DNA from: Cenococcum geophilum
Lineage: Eukaryota
Assembly (NCBI GenBank): GCA_050273025.1
Contig: CP158636.1
Coordinates: forward strand, 9,238,001-9,302,000
Direction: 5' to 3'
Length of the DNA: 64,000 bases
The first letter of the stretch is position 1, and each line of letters starts with the position of its first letter. Position numbers and translations under genes: made by a program. The notes under the pieces were generated by a model. The model searched no databases. It was not told where the DNA came from and saw nothing but the letters and a program-made list of their open reading frames with translations. Below, piece by piece: positions 40,012-54,500 of this stretch.

Positions 40012-40123
40012 TAAAATAGGCTCTATTATAGGAAAAATATATATAGATATAATGCACCTAAAGATCTAATAAACCTATTTAAAATAAATACGGAAATTAG
40101 CGATAATAAGATAATAAAAGCAG

Positions 40124-43100
40124 TGTTATGGTGCTGCGATAGAGTAGATTAAATAACTACGTTGTGGTATAAAGAAGAGAAGAAGGTAAAAGGGGGTATT
40201 GTATATAAATAGTAGGGCTAGCCGCCAAGGCGCTAGTGGTGGGCCAGCTAATAGTAGGAAATAGTACGAGATAGTACGAGATAGTATAAAACAGTATGCG
40301 TTAGGTTAGTGCTGTGATAGTACTCCCCTCCTTAGAAGGTTTAGTCCCTAAATTAAATAACTTATTTTTACTATAAAGATATTACTTCTGCTTACCGCTC
40401 TTAATTAAGCTAATAGTAATTTTCTATACCGGGTATAGAAAATCCTAATTAGTTAGTTTAATAAATAAAGTTAGTAGAACTCTATACTGCTACTACGTAG
40501 CGCTTTTTAATAAAAAAACTAACTAATTAGATAACTTTAACCGGCGGTTAAAGTTCCTTAAATTATCTTTATAGTCGGCTACGGTTTTAGTATAACTCTC
40601 CCTTATCTTATACCCAGTTTAGGGGTTCTAACTTCTTAGGGTATTATTTATAAAACTTTAGTAGTACGCGCTTATACCCTTTTAGGGATTTCTTAAGTTC
40701 CTAGGTTTTCTTATTATAATACTTCCACTTAATATAATATATTAAGCCGTGCTTATCTATTTTTTTATTATATATATTAAGGATCTTTTTAAATTCCTAC
40801 TTATCCGTAATATTACTGTTATTATCCCTTTTAGCTATCATGCCTATAATATTATAACGTTCCTCTTTATTAATATATACTTAACCAGAGATCTCTTTAG
40901 GGAACTAGAGGCGGACTTTTGAAGTATAGAAAGACTTATTAATACGGATATAGTCTAGAAGGTTAACTATAACTACTCCTTTATAGGCAGCTAGGACGGG
41001 CTAGGGTCCGTCTTAATTATTATTTTACTTTCTCTTAGGCTGGTTAGTCTTTATATTTTTAAGGCTAACTATAACCATATTATCCTTTTTAAATATTATA
41101 CCTTAATCTTATTTTATATTAGCGTTATCTTTATAGCATTACTAGGAGATATAAGCTAGGGCTTTAAGCTGGGTTAAGATGCGCTTAAAGCGGTTAGCAA
41201 TAGTATTAGCTTACAAATACTTCTTCTTTATATATATAGATAGGGCTAATAGCTAGGGGCCTACCGGTTTAATACCCAGATATAGGTTATAGCTATAGTT
41301 GGCAAAGAACGGTAAGATTCCTATAGTCTTATTAACCTAGTTATTTATAATAAACTTAGTAAGGGGGAGCTAATCTACCTAGTTATCTTAGGTAAAGCTT
41401 ACAAAGGCGTATAAGTACTTATTTATTACTGTATTAATAATCTTAGTTTAACTATTTATTTTAGGGTGCTATACGGAGCTAGGGCTTAGGGTTACCTTTA
41501 GGCGCTAGTTTAGGCGACGCTAAAAGTTAGAAACGAATAAAGAGCCTTTATTAGAAACAATAGTATTTAAAGCGCTATATAACTTATAGATAGTATAGAT
41601 AAATACTTTAACGAGCTTCTTAGTATTTAGGCTAGTAATAAGGATAAAGTATCTTATCTTTATTAGGCGGTTAACAACAATAAAGATATATCTATATATT
41701 TTACAGTTATAAAGGCACTTAGGCAGGTTAACAACGTAGTTAATAGAGATATTAGTCTACGGGCAGACTAGTAGTTTTAGTAGTTTTAGAAAACTGGACG
41801 GTACTAAGTATAGGGTCTTTATACGGAAGTAAAGAGCGTAGTCTCTTATAAAGGTAGTTATAAACTATAAAATACCTAGCTACTAATACATTTAATTAAG
41901 GAGGTTTAGTATTTTAACGCGGCCTAGGTAACCTATAGGGCCTAAACTATATATACGGTGTATAAGTTCTAATTAGAGTTTAGGTAAGTTAGGGACAAAT
42001 ACTTAATTCCTATAGTAGATTAGGCCGTTAATAATTAAGTATTTAGATTTATTATTGTAGAGCAGCTTCCTAATCTGCTTAGGCTAACGGCGTACTTTAT
42101 AGTCTTCCTATTTACGTAGCGCAGCCAATATATTCCTAGCAAGTTTATTCTCTATATAGGCATTCTTAATAAGCTCCTTAAGGGGTTTTTTCTTAAACTT
42201 TAGGTCTATTACTGTAATAAAGTCTTTAATTCTCTAATCTTGGGATTTGCTTAGTAGCTCTTCTAGGGTAATAGGGTTAACTTTCTTTGGTAGTAAGATA
42301 ATACGGTCTTAGTATTATAGATATTCGTTATTAATATTAGTAGGTATAACGCCTAGGAGGCGGCTAAGAGCGTCTAAGATTGTGGCTTTAGTGCTAGGCC
42401 TATAGGTAATAACAAAGTTAAATTAGGAAAGGAACTTAGCCTAGCAGACTTAGCGCTAATTTAATTGTTTTATTATTATAAAGGTCTAGAGGTTCTTATA
42501 GTCTATAATAATTTTAAATAGATACTTAGTTCTTTACAGTTTAAGGCGCTATTTTTTTTGTGCCTTAATAATTACTAGGAGCTCCTTATTATATATTTTA
42601 TAGTTATATTTAGGGGCTAAGTACTTAGTAGAAAAAAATGTAACTAGCTTAAGCTTATTACTTTTATTAGCTTAATAGAGTACTCTACCTAAAGCCTAGT
42701 TTAAGGCGTCTATCTCTACCACAGTTTTCTTTATATAGTTGTAATACGCTAGGACCGGTACTATAGTAAACGCTATTTTTAGGGTCTAGAACGCCTATAT
42801 TTAGTTAAGGCCCTATAACTAGCTAATACTCTTCTTTAATAGCCTAGTTATAGGCTTAACTACCTTAGAGTAGCCTTAGATAAATCATTAGTAGAAGTTC
42901 GCGAAGCTAAGAAATTACTATAGTTTCTTAACTAACGTCGGGTCCTTCTATTCCTATAAGGCCTACACCTTTTTAGGGTCTATAGTTATGCCATTAGTTA
43001 AGATAATTAAGCTAAGGTATTTTATTTTGGTAGTATAAAACTTAAACTTATTAATATTAACTTAGAGTCCAGCATTACCAAGTCTCTAGATAATTTTATT

Positions 43101-46100
43101 TATATATTTCGTATACTTAGCGTATATTTTTAAGAAGGTAAGGACATTATTAAGATATGCAGTGTAGTAGTTATTAAGGGCGTTATATAGAATATAGTTA
43201 ATATAGTTTTAAAATATAGCGAGTGCGTTATAAAGACCGAACGGTATAATTAATATTTTATAGAGCCTAAACCGGGTAATAAATACTGTAAGCTATTTAT
43301 AGCCTTCCGCGATTTGGATCCGGTTAAACGTAGTAATTATATTAAGCTTAGTAAAGTACTTAGCACTATAGAGTGCGTTAAGTATCTTATAGACTAGTAG
43401 TAATAGATACTAATTCTTAATAGTAACTGTGTTTAGGCCTTAGTAGTTATAGTAGATTTATATACCGCCGCTAGGTTTTATAGTAAGGAGGAGTAGTATA
43501 ACGGCTAGTAAGATTAATTTATAGATAAAACCCTTATCTAGTATCTTATTAATCCACTTCTTTATATAACTAAGTTTAGTAGGTAAAAGTAGTTTTTTTT
43601 TATAATACGAGGCCTGCTTTCTAGGTATAATCTTAATTTTATAGTCCTATAGTTAGTAAGGGGGCAGCTTATCTATATTTTTAGGGAGAAAGTATTTAAT
43701 ATATTCGCGAAACTCTTTTAGTGTGACGGCGCTGGAGCGCGTCACCTAGTCAGGGGTTCGCTTAAGACTTGGCGTGTGTATATAGACGTGGCCTCACCAC
43801 CTTCTCTTGCTCCTTAGCTTAATATCTTCGTAATACAGCATTCGTTCGCTTGATCTTGCAAGCATTCGTTCAAGTCTCTAGTGAGACATTTGTTCGATGG
43901 TTCGAGCCGTCACATTTAGTAAGCGTTATAAAATATCTTTATAGGTTAATCCTAGTTTATCTTTTAGAACTTTCTTAATATTAGTATTAACTATCTTTTA
44001 GCGTAAAAACTTAGACTTTATTTTTAGGTTTATCTTAAAGAAGTTATAAAAATAAAGGGGTAGCGCTTTATGGGCTTTATCTATTATATAGTCGCCTTCT
44101 ACTAGCTAGCGGAAAGAACTTTCTAGTAGGTTCAGTACTTCTATTAGGCCTATAGGCAGCTCCTTAAGTAGCTATTAATACTCTTCTTATTTAACTAGTT
44201 CTACTAGCTCTGCTATATAGATCCTTATTACCTTTATATCTTTTTATTTATAGAACTAGGTGAAATTAACGGTATAAATATATCTAATATCGTCTAGATT
44301 AGGGCGTGTTTAGTTCTTCGGTGCTATAGCTAGGCTAGTATAGCTTAGTTAGCCTAGGGGGGCGGAAATAAGGTAGCGGCCCTATATAGTACGCGCGGGA
44401 GATAGGTATAAAGTTAGGCGTTATAGGGAAAAGGTCTTAATTACTCTGGTTTTAGTCTTAGCTATAACGCCCTTAGCTATTATATGTGCGGTCGCATATA
44501 CGTATAGCAAATAACTTAAGGTTAGGTATTTTATTAGCTAACTTAGGTTAAGCGGGTATATATGGGGGACTTATAGTTCTAGCGGTGTTTATTTTTTTTA
44601 AAGGATAGGGTAGTAATCTAGTCTTCTAGAATCTCTACTTAGTTTACTATATATATTAGCTTACTAGTATTAGGCACCTCTTTTACTATCAGCTAATAGT
44701 ATCTAAGCGTTAGCCGTATAATGCGTCCGTATAGTACTACTTAGTTATAGTCGGGAATATGCTATAGGAGATAGTTATAGGCATAGTAATTAGAGTTAAA
44801 CTTAAGCTCTAGGGTAGGGAAGTCTGCCTTTAGGTTATGCTTTTTAAGCTAGGGTATTCTAAAAATTACTAGTATAAAGGGTAATAACTTTATAATATAG
44901 AAGAGTATAGATTCTGTATAGTGGCTAATTATTATTATTACTATAAAGTAGTGGGTAATAAGCCTAGATAGAAGTTTATTAATAAGGCAGAGTAGTTTTA
45001 GAACTAGGAGTCTTTTTATTATAATATTATGCTTTTTTTATAAGCGAGTCTTTATCTATAAACGCTGGTGCTATACTACTAGTATTAATAAGGCTTACTG
45101 TTTTAATAAGAACTTATAGGAGTAAGTTATATAGTAAGGAGAGGTAGATCTAAATAAGGATAGTATTTCTATCACTATTTACTATTCTAAGGTTAAGTAG
45201 TAACTAGCTTAAAATAAGGTCTAACTAATTTAGTAGTATAGATCTAATCCTTTTATTCTCCTCCCTATATAGTTTTAACCCTTAGGGGCGACTTAGTCTA
45301 AGGGTTAGCCTTTTAATGGCTGAATTATAGGGTTTAGCTAGTAGCTATGGTTTTAGCTAATATATCCTAACGTATTAGTCTCTAACGATGTATATATACT
45401 AAAGGGTACTTTACTAATAATATAGCCGGTTTTATAATTGGTAGTAGTATAGAGTACTTATCTATAGTTTACGTATAGGACTATTAGCTAAGGCTATATT
45501 AGGGAAGGGAATTATAGGGGTAGGTCTCTATGTCCGAACCTATATCCTTATCTATAGTTACTGCCTTAATTACTATCCCCTCTATTAAAAAATCCGCCGC
45601 GGCTAGAAGGGGGTTAGCGCGGTAGTATTAAAAGGGGGTTTAGGTTCTTTTAGGGGTTATAAGTATCTTTCTAGTAGCTAGGTTAACCATACGCTATATA
45701 GAGTCTATTATCTATATAATATCTTTAGACGTTATTAGGGAGACTATTATTACTACTACCGAACTTAACGGTATTAAGGTTTATTAGGTTATTCCGCGGT
45801 AATATAGGTTAATAGCCGCTAGCGATACTTAGCTTAGCGGTATTTAGCTTAGTATAGTAGGTATAGTTCTATAGGTTATAAGCGAATATATCCATCTACT
45901 CGCTTTAGCCTTTATTGTTAGTATTACCGATCTTACAGCTAAGGGTAAAGGCTAGGTCCTTTATCTTAGAGGAAATATTCTTCTTAAGCAGATCTACTTT
46001 TTATTCCTTAGTCTTATTTACTTTAATTATTAACTTATTAAGCTCTACTTTCTAAAACTAGTAGTTATACTAGCCTTAGCTTAAGGTATCTAGCTTATTT

Positions 46101-47243
46101 TTAACTACTTAGGTTATATATATAGTCTTATAATACTTTCTTATATATATAAATATAGACTCTCGGTTAGAGAAGGTCTATTTACTTAAGTTATTTAGGT
46201 ATATACGTAGTATATTAAGGCTATACTTAATATAGTTATAAGCCTTATCTATTAGCATATCTTATATATAGAGGACTTTGTCTGTTAGGGTCTTAAAGCA
46301 CTTTATATCCCTTTATAAAACACCTTAGATCTTTATTTCCCATATCCTAAATTTTTCTTACTTTTTAGTTAGTAATCCCTTGCTATTAAATAGGGTTAGA
46401 TCTTTTACTTTACGCTTTTTTCTATAGGGCTTAGTTAGAAAAGGAGGGCTAGTAGCGGTATTCTTATCGGCAATAGTTTGGGTAAGTATAGTAATCTAAA
46501 GGCTTAGACTTTATATAGTCTGAGTATTTGTAAAGGCTTACTATTCGTATTATTGTATATATAGTTTAAGCGTCTTAAGGGAGTTGATTCTGTACTAAGC
46601 TTCTTTAAATTAGGACTTTATAGTTCGGCCTTTATTATAGACGGCTTAGGGACCGCTCTTAATGCTAGTTAGGAAAGTTATATATATAGAGAAGTGCTAG
46701 AAGGTTCCTACCACATTAAGGTCCTTAGGGTATTCTAGGCTACTTCTAATTGCCTAGGTAATATAGGTATAGGAGGTATTAAAAAGGTAGGTAAGTACTT
46801 TGCGTATATTTACCGATAGGGTATTATCTATATTATAGTCGCCTATTTTAAGAGATCTATATAAGGCAATTAAAGTCTATAAGGCTGGCTATAGTACTAA
46901 GATTATTTATAACTGTGTTAGGGTTATCTAGGACCTATAGCATAGTATTATCAGTCACGCCGGGTTATAATTACGCTAGGAAAATAAAAATAATAGACTA
47001 GGAAAAAACAAAGGTTATAACGAGGCGTAACTAGGGATACTATAAACTATTACGGTGCTGTAATAAAGTAGAATAAATAACTACGTTATGGTATAAAGAG
47101 GAGAAGAAGGTAAAAGGGGGTATTATATATAAATAGTAGGGCCAGCCGCTAAGGCGCTAATAGTAGGCTAGCTAATAGTAGGAAATAGTATAAGATAGTA
47201 CGAGATAGTATAAAACAGTATGCGTTAGGTTAGTGCTGTAATA
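40124..47243 (-). mobile_element. Full-length Ty3/gypsy chromovirus element D, RIP-inactivated
   Basis: 196-bp LTRs 40124-40319 and 47048-47243; perfect TSD AGCAG; minus-strand PPT next to the left LTR; RT Y(L)DD remnant ~43150; chromodomain-like remnant ~40660-40800. Confidence 0.93.
43722..43914 (+). mobile_element. Solo LTR, 193 bp, little RIP damage, inserted in element D
   Basis: 9-bp terminal inverted repeat TGTGACGGC...GCCGTCACA; perfect TSD TTTAG. Confidence 0.92.
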
Positions 47244-47505
47244 AGCAGCTTACTAGGAGCATGTAAACCTTAAGGATATAATAATAAAGGTAGAGACTAA
47301 GATAGCTATAGAACAAGGATTAGTAACTAGAGTTATAACTCCGCTAGATATAATATCTATTACTTTAGAAAATAGAAGGGGGTAAGACTAAGATAGTCTA
47401 AGTAAGTAGGTAACTACTAGTACTAACTTATTACTTAATAAAGGCAAAGACTATAGGTTTAGGATTCTTAAAATTAGATAAGACTAATTTAAGATTCTAA
47501 TAAGT

Positions 47506-48806
47506 TATAATAGTGCTAGGGCGCGTCACTTGCTAAATTCTGCTATACTTCTGCTATATTTTACCAACCCTGACTTTTACTAACCAATTAGGGTTTTCTA
47601 TTCCCGGGATAGAAAATCGCTATTAGCTCGCTTACTACTAGCGCCTTAGCGACTCCTTTATATTTATGTTAACCCCTAAAGGCCTTCCTCTTCTCCTTTT
47701 TCTTTTTAGCTTAGTATCTTTATATAGTAGCAATATATAAGCTTTATCTTAGAGGTATTTATATAAGCTCGTTATATTATACTAAGCTCTCCTAATACTG
47801 CCTAGGAAGGCCTTAAAAACATTTTACCCTAAGAGGACCTTTATCTATAATAACGCGTTAATACATTATACTTAGATACTAAAAGTTACTTACCTACTTT
47901 ATAGGCTAGACTGCACTTAACTTATACCCTTAAAAGAACCCTAGACTTAAAACCAAATTATATAATTTTAATAAACCCTAGGAGGCTAATAATAGCACCT
48001 AAAGTAAGTTTATTTAAGAGAACTGCCTTTACTTAAGAGGAACCCAAAATCTAGTTAAGATTAAAAATTAAAGACAATAATACCGCTATAGACGCATGTA
48101 AGTGGATTTGCGCCCTTACGGTTAGCTAAAAAGCTAATTATTTTAAAGTAAAAAAAATATATAAGACCTTATAAGAGATCCTAGGAAGCCTTATAGCCCT
48201 ATAAAATAGCCTAGCTTCCCCCTTTTTAAAGCCTTAGCTAATCTATTTACTCTACTAAATATAATATTGTGGGGAGTACGAATATAATAATAAAGTAATT
48301 AAAGTTTATTAAGCTCCTTAACCCCTAACTACTATCTAATAAAATAGACCTCTATATTAATATTAACTACTTCCTTTTTAAGGAAGCTAAAATAATCTAC
48401 CTCTTTAGTTAAACTACTAAAAGTGCCTAGTGTTACCTTTAAGTCAAGTTTAAGGATAACTCCCCTACCTGGTTTATATCTATTAGTAAAATACTATAAT
48501 ATTTAGCTATTATTTATATTAACGTAAATAAAGTACGGGATATTTAGTATAACTATAACCGCCTAATAATAAAACTAAACTAACTCTTTACTAAATTTTA
48601 GACTTAATTCTTATATCTTATAGAAAAAGGCTAGGTTCCTCTTAAAAACTACTAATTAGACCTATACAATAAATAAATAATTAGGCTATAAGAAAAGATT
48701 ACTCTAACCTTAAATAACCTACTAACTTATAAAATATTTACGGCTTACTATCTATTATTAGATTTAGAATTAAAGTAAATTAACACTGGCCCTAATTAAT
48801 AGAAGC
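47506..48806 (+). mobile_element. Family-A Ty3 fragment (element E): 5' LTR 47506-47776 and partial gag
   Basis: Colinear with 4705-6070 with internal deletions; ends where the second LINE begins. Confidence 0.85.
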
Positions 48807-49338
48807 GGAAAAATCTAGTTAATTTTATAGAAAGCCGCTACAGCAGCAAAACACGCCCACCACTAATTTAATAAAGAAATAACCACTCCTAATTAAATCT
48901 ATAGTATAACATACCCCAGAACTAATATACGCATTATAGCTGGAAAGCCTACGCGATATAGGGGGGTCTTAATAGACTTAAAGGTAGGTCAATATATAAA
49001 AAAACGCGATACTATAACAAACCTAATAGGGGGCGACCCAACCAAAATAACTAAAAGACAATGACTAGAAATGGTAAAAACTTATAGGCATTCTAAAAGA
49101 CATTAAGGAAGATTTAGGGAAGGGGGAAAACGAACACCTACGCGTAGGGGTAGTATATACGGCCTAATAAGCAGGATAAATTGCTTAGGAACTATAGATA
49201 AGGTGTAATAGAAACCAGGGCGCTATAAAGGATAGGCTTAGGCGCATTAAGAATGCTATAAAATTATAAGGAATACTAGTAACGTATATAATAAAGCCCT
49301 TATAAGCTAATATTGCCACTAGCGCCTACCTAGCATAG

Positions 49339-49726
49339 TGTAATAAAGCCTTATAGGAAGTACTACGGTAGACTTGTTAATAGGCTAAGTATATAGGTAA
49401 GAAGAAGTTAACAATATAATAATAACTAGTAGAGTGGTTGCCTAATAGATTAACTCTAATTATATTCTAAGATTTACTATAAAGAAGAGAACTATCTAGG
49501 TAGGGACTGTAGTCCTTTAAATACACAATACTGCGCCTAAGAAATGTACTAAGTATGTCGCGTTCCTACGTTCCTACGTTCTAAACTTGTAACGTAACTG
49601 ATTACATAACTCGGCTACCTCTTATTCTATAATTTAACTAGTTCCAGCACCTCCCGTACTTCCACTAGTAGTCTATTTATATCTCTTCTTAGTAGTGATA
49701 TTACTGCTAATATAAGGTCTGTAACA
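49339..49726 (-). mobile_element. Solo LTR related to the B/F family
   Basis: TGTAAT...GTAACA termini; TSD CATAG/TATAG; reverse complement shares blocks with the B/F LTRs and with 36290-36776. Confidence 0.85.
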
Positions 49727-51564
49727 TATAGCACCTATAAGGTCTATAGTTAGGGTCTAATAATAAAAGTAGTAGGAGCAGAGCCGGAATAGATCCTTAT
49801 ATTAATTAGAGTATATATACTAAAGGCCATAGCAGTAAAGGTCCTATATAGTAGTAATATAGAGGTTATACTCCCTAACTAACAGGTAAAGGACCGGGCT
49901 ATTACTTAGGGAGATACCTCTAAGTATAAGATCCTCCGCCAGAACTACCTGGTTAAAATAATTAGAGAACCCCTTAATATATAAGTAGAAAGCAGGTAAG
50001 GCGCTATAAACCTATAACTTATCTAAAGGATTACGGAGGCTACTAAAAAATTAGTTCTAGGAATTATAATATCTAGAGTTATATAGCTCTAGAAAGTTCG
50101 CACCTTATATATAGGGGTATCACTAGGGTTCTAAAAGGTTAAAACATACGGTACCCTAATAATTTACCTACTAATCTAAAAGATGCAGGCGGTAGTAATA
50201 TATAAAAAAAATAGTTATAGATAGCCTCTAGTATAAAGCTTAGCTATATTACTACGCAGTCTAAATCCGCTAATAATTTAGATCTAGCAGTAGGGCTATA
50301 CCTAGAGCGTATATAGGAAATAGGAAAGGTATGGGTAGTGCGCTAAGATATATAAGATGAAGGACTGCCCTAAGGACAAAGGAGCTAGATATATAAACTG
50401 CGGTAAAGAATATAAAGCGTGGTAGAAAACGGTATATAAGACCTTCTATATATATCTAGAAACTACTAAGATAAGATAAGCCTAATTATACTAGGTTATA
50501 GCTACGATATAAGGAAACGTATATAAGGAGAAGGAGATAAGCGTAATAAGTAACAGAGGCTAGACAGTCGTATAAAGAAAAAGGTCTAGGGTTTCCACCC
50601 TAATAGGGGCACCCTCTACCTAACTAGTGGTAAAGCGGGGCGTAGGACGCCTATAAGGTAGTACTAACGCCGCTAGAGACCTATCTTAGCAAAGAATCCT
50701 AATTGTAATAGCCCTAAATAAGACGCTTTAGAGGTAAACGGAAGATATCTATAAGTTATTAGACTAACTAACACTATAAAGAGACTAATAATAATACAAT
50801 ATAACTATAGATACTTAAACTACAAAGTAATACGCCCTTTATTTAACAGCTTAGATCTAAAAGAGCACTAAATAATAGCTCTATAAGAACTAGTATATAA
50901 TAAGTAAATACGCAAAATATACTAACTAAAAGGATACTACCTCCTATACGAACCAAACCTAGCTACTTATATATACTTCCTAGTTAGTTAATATATTAAC
51001 ATATAAGTATAGAGCTACTATAATATTAGCCCTAATATAGATAAACTGTAAATAGCTACTAATAGGGGCCAGATTAGTATAATTAACATCTATAACCTAA
51101 AAGATAATAAACCCCAAATCGCTATACAGGGACTACTCTAATAGGCTATTAATATAGCGGAAGGCAAGGTAATAGTCCTAAGGGACTTTAACGCATACTA
51201 TATATTATAGGGAGGACAGTAAGCCATAGTTAAAGTATAGGTAATATATTTACTAAACAAGCTAGAAACGCGGGGCCTTACCTTAACTACCCTAACTAGC
51301 AAACCTACCTAGAAAAGAGAAACCTAAGAGAGCATAATTAACCTTATATTTATATAAGAAACACTTATATACTAACTAGAGTTTTATAGACTAGAAGATA
51401 TATAGGCAATTACTACAAACTATATACCTATATAGATAGCGCTTAATATTGCCGCACTAGCGTAACAAACTCGCCAGAGATACGCCACTAAAAAACTTAA
51501 TTAGTAAAAGTATACCTAGAAAGTTACTAATAGGCTAGCAGCTATACCCTAGGCCTTATTAGAG

Positions 51565-54500
51565 TGTTACGGACGCTTTAAGTACGATGTTATGACTACT
51601 TGGAGAAGAGTCGGAAGAAGCTAGTTGGTTGATATAGGCACGGACTAGGATGGAACCCGTGGAACTATATGACGAAGAATAGTAAGTAAGTCACATGATA
51701 GTTAAACGTGTTGGCTGTATTAAACGTAAGGGACGTCACGTTTAATATAAATAAGACGTATATTACGTACAAGAAGGATTTTATAGGAGTACGGTTGTGT
51801 ATTTAAGGACCCTTAGTCCCTACCTAGATAGTTCTTTCATTGTAGTAATTCTTAGAACATAATTAGAGTTAATCTATTGGGCAACCACTCCACTAATTGT
51901 TATTACGTTGTTGACTACTGTCTTTGTATTTCCTATATACCTAGCCTATTAACAGAACCTATTGTAGTTCCTGCTATAAGGTTTTGTTATACAATTACTA
52001 CCTAGTTATGGTATTAAATATAGAAAGGTGAATAACATGCCACCAAAAGCAGCTACTATAACGCTATTAACGGCGGTAACTACTTTAAGGTTAAGAGGTG
52101 ACACTAGTATAGTAAACACTAACTCGCAACAACCTGTGACGGTAGGATAATTATAAGAAATAGTGGATTAATTAATAGAAAATAATACGGTACTTAAAAA
52201 CAAACTTAATGGAATTGGAGTAGTAAAGGTTAAGTTACCATCAATTAAACGATTTTTAGGAGAGAGATTAAAGCTTAAAGGATTTCTGATATAAATGCAT
52301 TTTAAAGTCATGCAAGAAGGGGCTAAGTTAGCCATGACAATGGATTAGATAGCCTATATAGGACTATTCCTAATAGGTTAGGCACTTAAATGGTTTAAAC
52401 CCTACTTAATAGAAATATAGACTAATGGAATAACTACTACAAATTAAGAAGTACGATTTGTGTTTTCTAACTAGGTAGGATTCGCGGAACGATTAATATA
52501 GATATTTGGAGACCCGGAAGCAACAACTATAGTAAAGAAAAAGCTTTAGGACCTAACACAGTAAACTTTAGTAATTAAGTATATAATATAGTTTTAAATA
52601 CTTATAATATAGGTCGAATAGAATAATAAGGCGCTTATGGTATAGTATAAACAAGGACTTAAGGCTAAAGTCTAGGACGTAATTATTCTGATGGAAGATG
52701 CGGACACCCTAAGGGAATTAATAGATTAAGCGATTAAGATTAATAATAGGATCTTCTAAAGGGAATAGGCTAAGAGAGGCTAGGATAGAGTTCCATAGTT
52801 ATATAAGACGTAGAGTACGTAATAACTAAAGCTAAGTTAGAAACTATGGTATAGCGTAGAGCTAATGGACCTAAGTAGTACTTAAGAAGCCTATAAGAAA
52901 GGGAGTAAGAAATTATAGAAACCTAGAGGTTAAGGATTTAGTGATTATAGGACTAAAGAGCAGAGGCTAAACTAGGGATTTTAATAGCAGAAGACGTTTA
53001 GGCGGACTCTATAACAAAGTTAATGGTTTAGAAATAGAGCTTATATAAATTGCGGAAAATAGGGTCACTTTATAAGGGATTATAAAGATGGTTAGAGTTA
53101 CTATGTAATAAAGGGAACTAGACTAATAGTATGTGACATATATATATAGAGGGACGATAGTGTACTGCGAGGAACAAAAGAGTGTTTAATTAAAAGTTTT
53201 GCGTTTTGTTACAATAACGCATACCAAATTTATAAAAACGCTAAGTATGGTGTAAGCTATTGGCCATAAGAGCTAGAGTTAAAAGGACTTAGAGGAACTA
53301 AAGAGTTAGATAAAGAATAAGATTGACTCTATAAGCTAGATTAAGATATTACAGTAACGTGCGGATAATAATTAGTAATAATAATAATAGAGTTAGAGTA
53401 CTTATTAATTAATAGTAATAAGGATAGTAAAGGAACTAACTGGGGGTATCTAAACCTTAATAACGTAATAGAAGTAGAGACTGAGACCGCTACAGAGCAA
53501 GGTTTAGTAATGGGTATTATAACACCGTTAGATATGGCGTCTATTGCTTTACGAGACGGAAGGAGTAATATTTAAGGACGATTAAGTAAGCAGATAACTG
53601 CTAGTGCTAGCTCACTACTTGATAAAGGTAAAAGGCTAAAGGCTTAAGATTTTTATAATGAGATGAGAGACGACTAAGATTCTTAAGACGAGATGAGGTA
53701 AGCTTAAAGACCTACAACGGATAGAAACCGATGGAGTAGAGTAGTAGCTTAGTTTAAAGATATATGAATAAGCTTGGGATAAGAATTCCTAACGGCATAA
53801 GACTTTTAAGAAGAGATGAGTAAGATCTAGGACTCTTAAGATAAGATAAGGACACTAGTAAAGCCTAGTTAAACTAAGGCTGGAGCTAAGCTTAAGTTGG
53901 AAGCAAGCTTAGGATTAAAGAATCTAAGGGGTTAAGAATTTGGAGTATAAATTAAAACATCTATAAGTAAGAGGTAAGGAGCTTCCTTATAGATCCGGGA
54001 ATCTGCAGCGTAAATAGTAATTAGACTGGGAGATAGATATATAGACCTAGAAGACTTACTAGGGGAATATAGTATTCGGCCTAAAGATTGAAAAGTTAAT
54101 ACTAAGATTAAGAAGCATGAAGACTTTAAGGATCTACTTGTAAGACGCGACGTAAAGGAAACTATAGAGGAATTTAGGATAAGAATTACCTTATGGCAAG
54201 AATAGAAACTAGATAAGGGATTTAGCATATTAGGACGTATAAGGGACAGAGCACTAGTACGAAGGATTACTAATAGACCTAGAATAGGCATACTAAGAGC
54301 TAAGTGGCTTATTAAACTAAAACAGGAAGAGGATCTAGGGATTCCTACTAGGTTTAAAGAACGATATACTAAAGGCTATTACGACGCAGTAATAAAGAGA
54401 TATTTCCTTACGAACGAGCCGTATATACTTAAGCAGCTATACTAAAAGTAGTATAGGTAACGATATAATAATGAGTGGGAGGATTTCTATATGTAGCTGA

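Larger units (their letters stand above)
39610..47505 (+). mobile_element. Internal B/F-family gag-extension fragment (39610-40123 plus 47249-47505) hosting a solo LTR and element D
   Basis: Matches about 11485-11950 once the insertions are removed (AATAAAAGCAG|CTTACTAGGAGC versus ~11672-11700). Confidence 0.7.

Noticed and set aside
53932..54291. 119-aa minus-strand ORF
   Set aside because: Antisense shadow within the Gag extension of element F, with no motif support.
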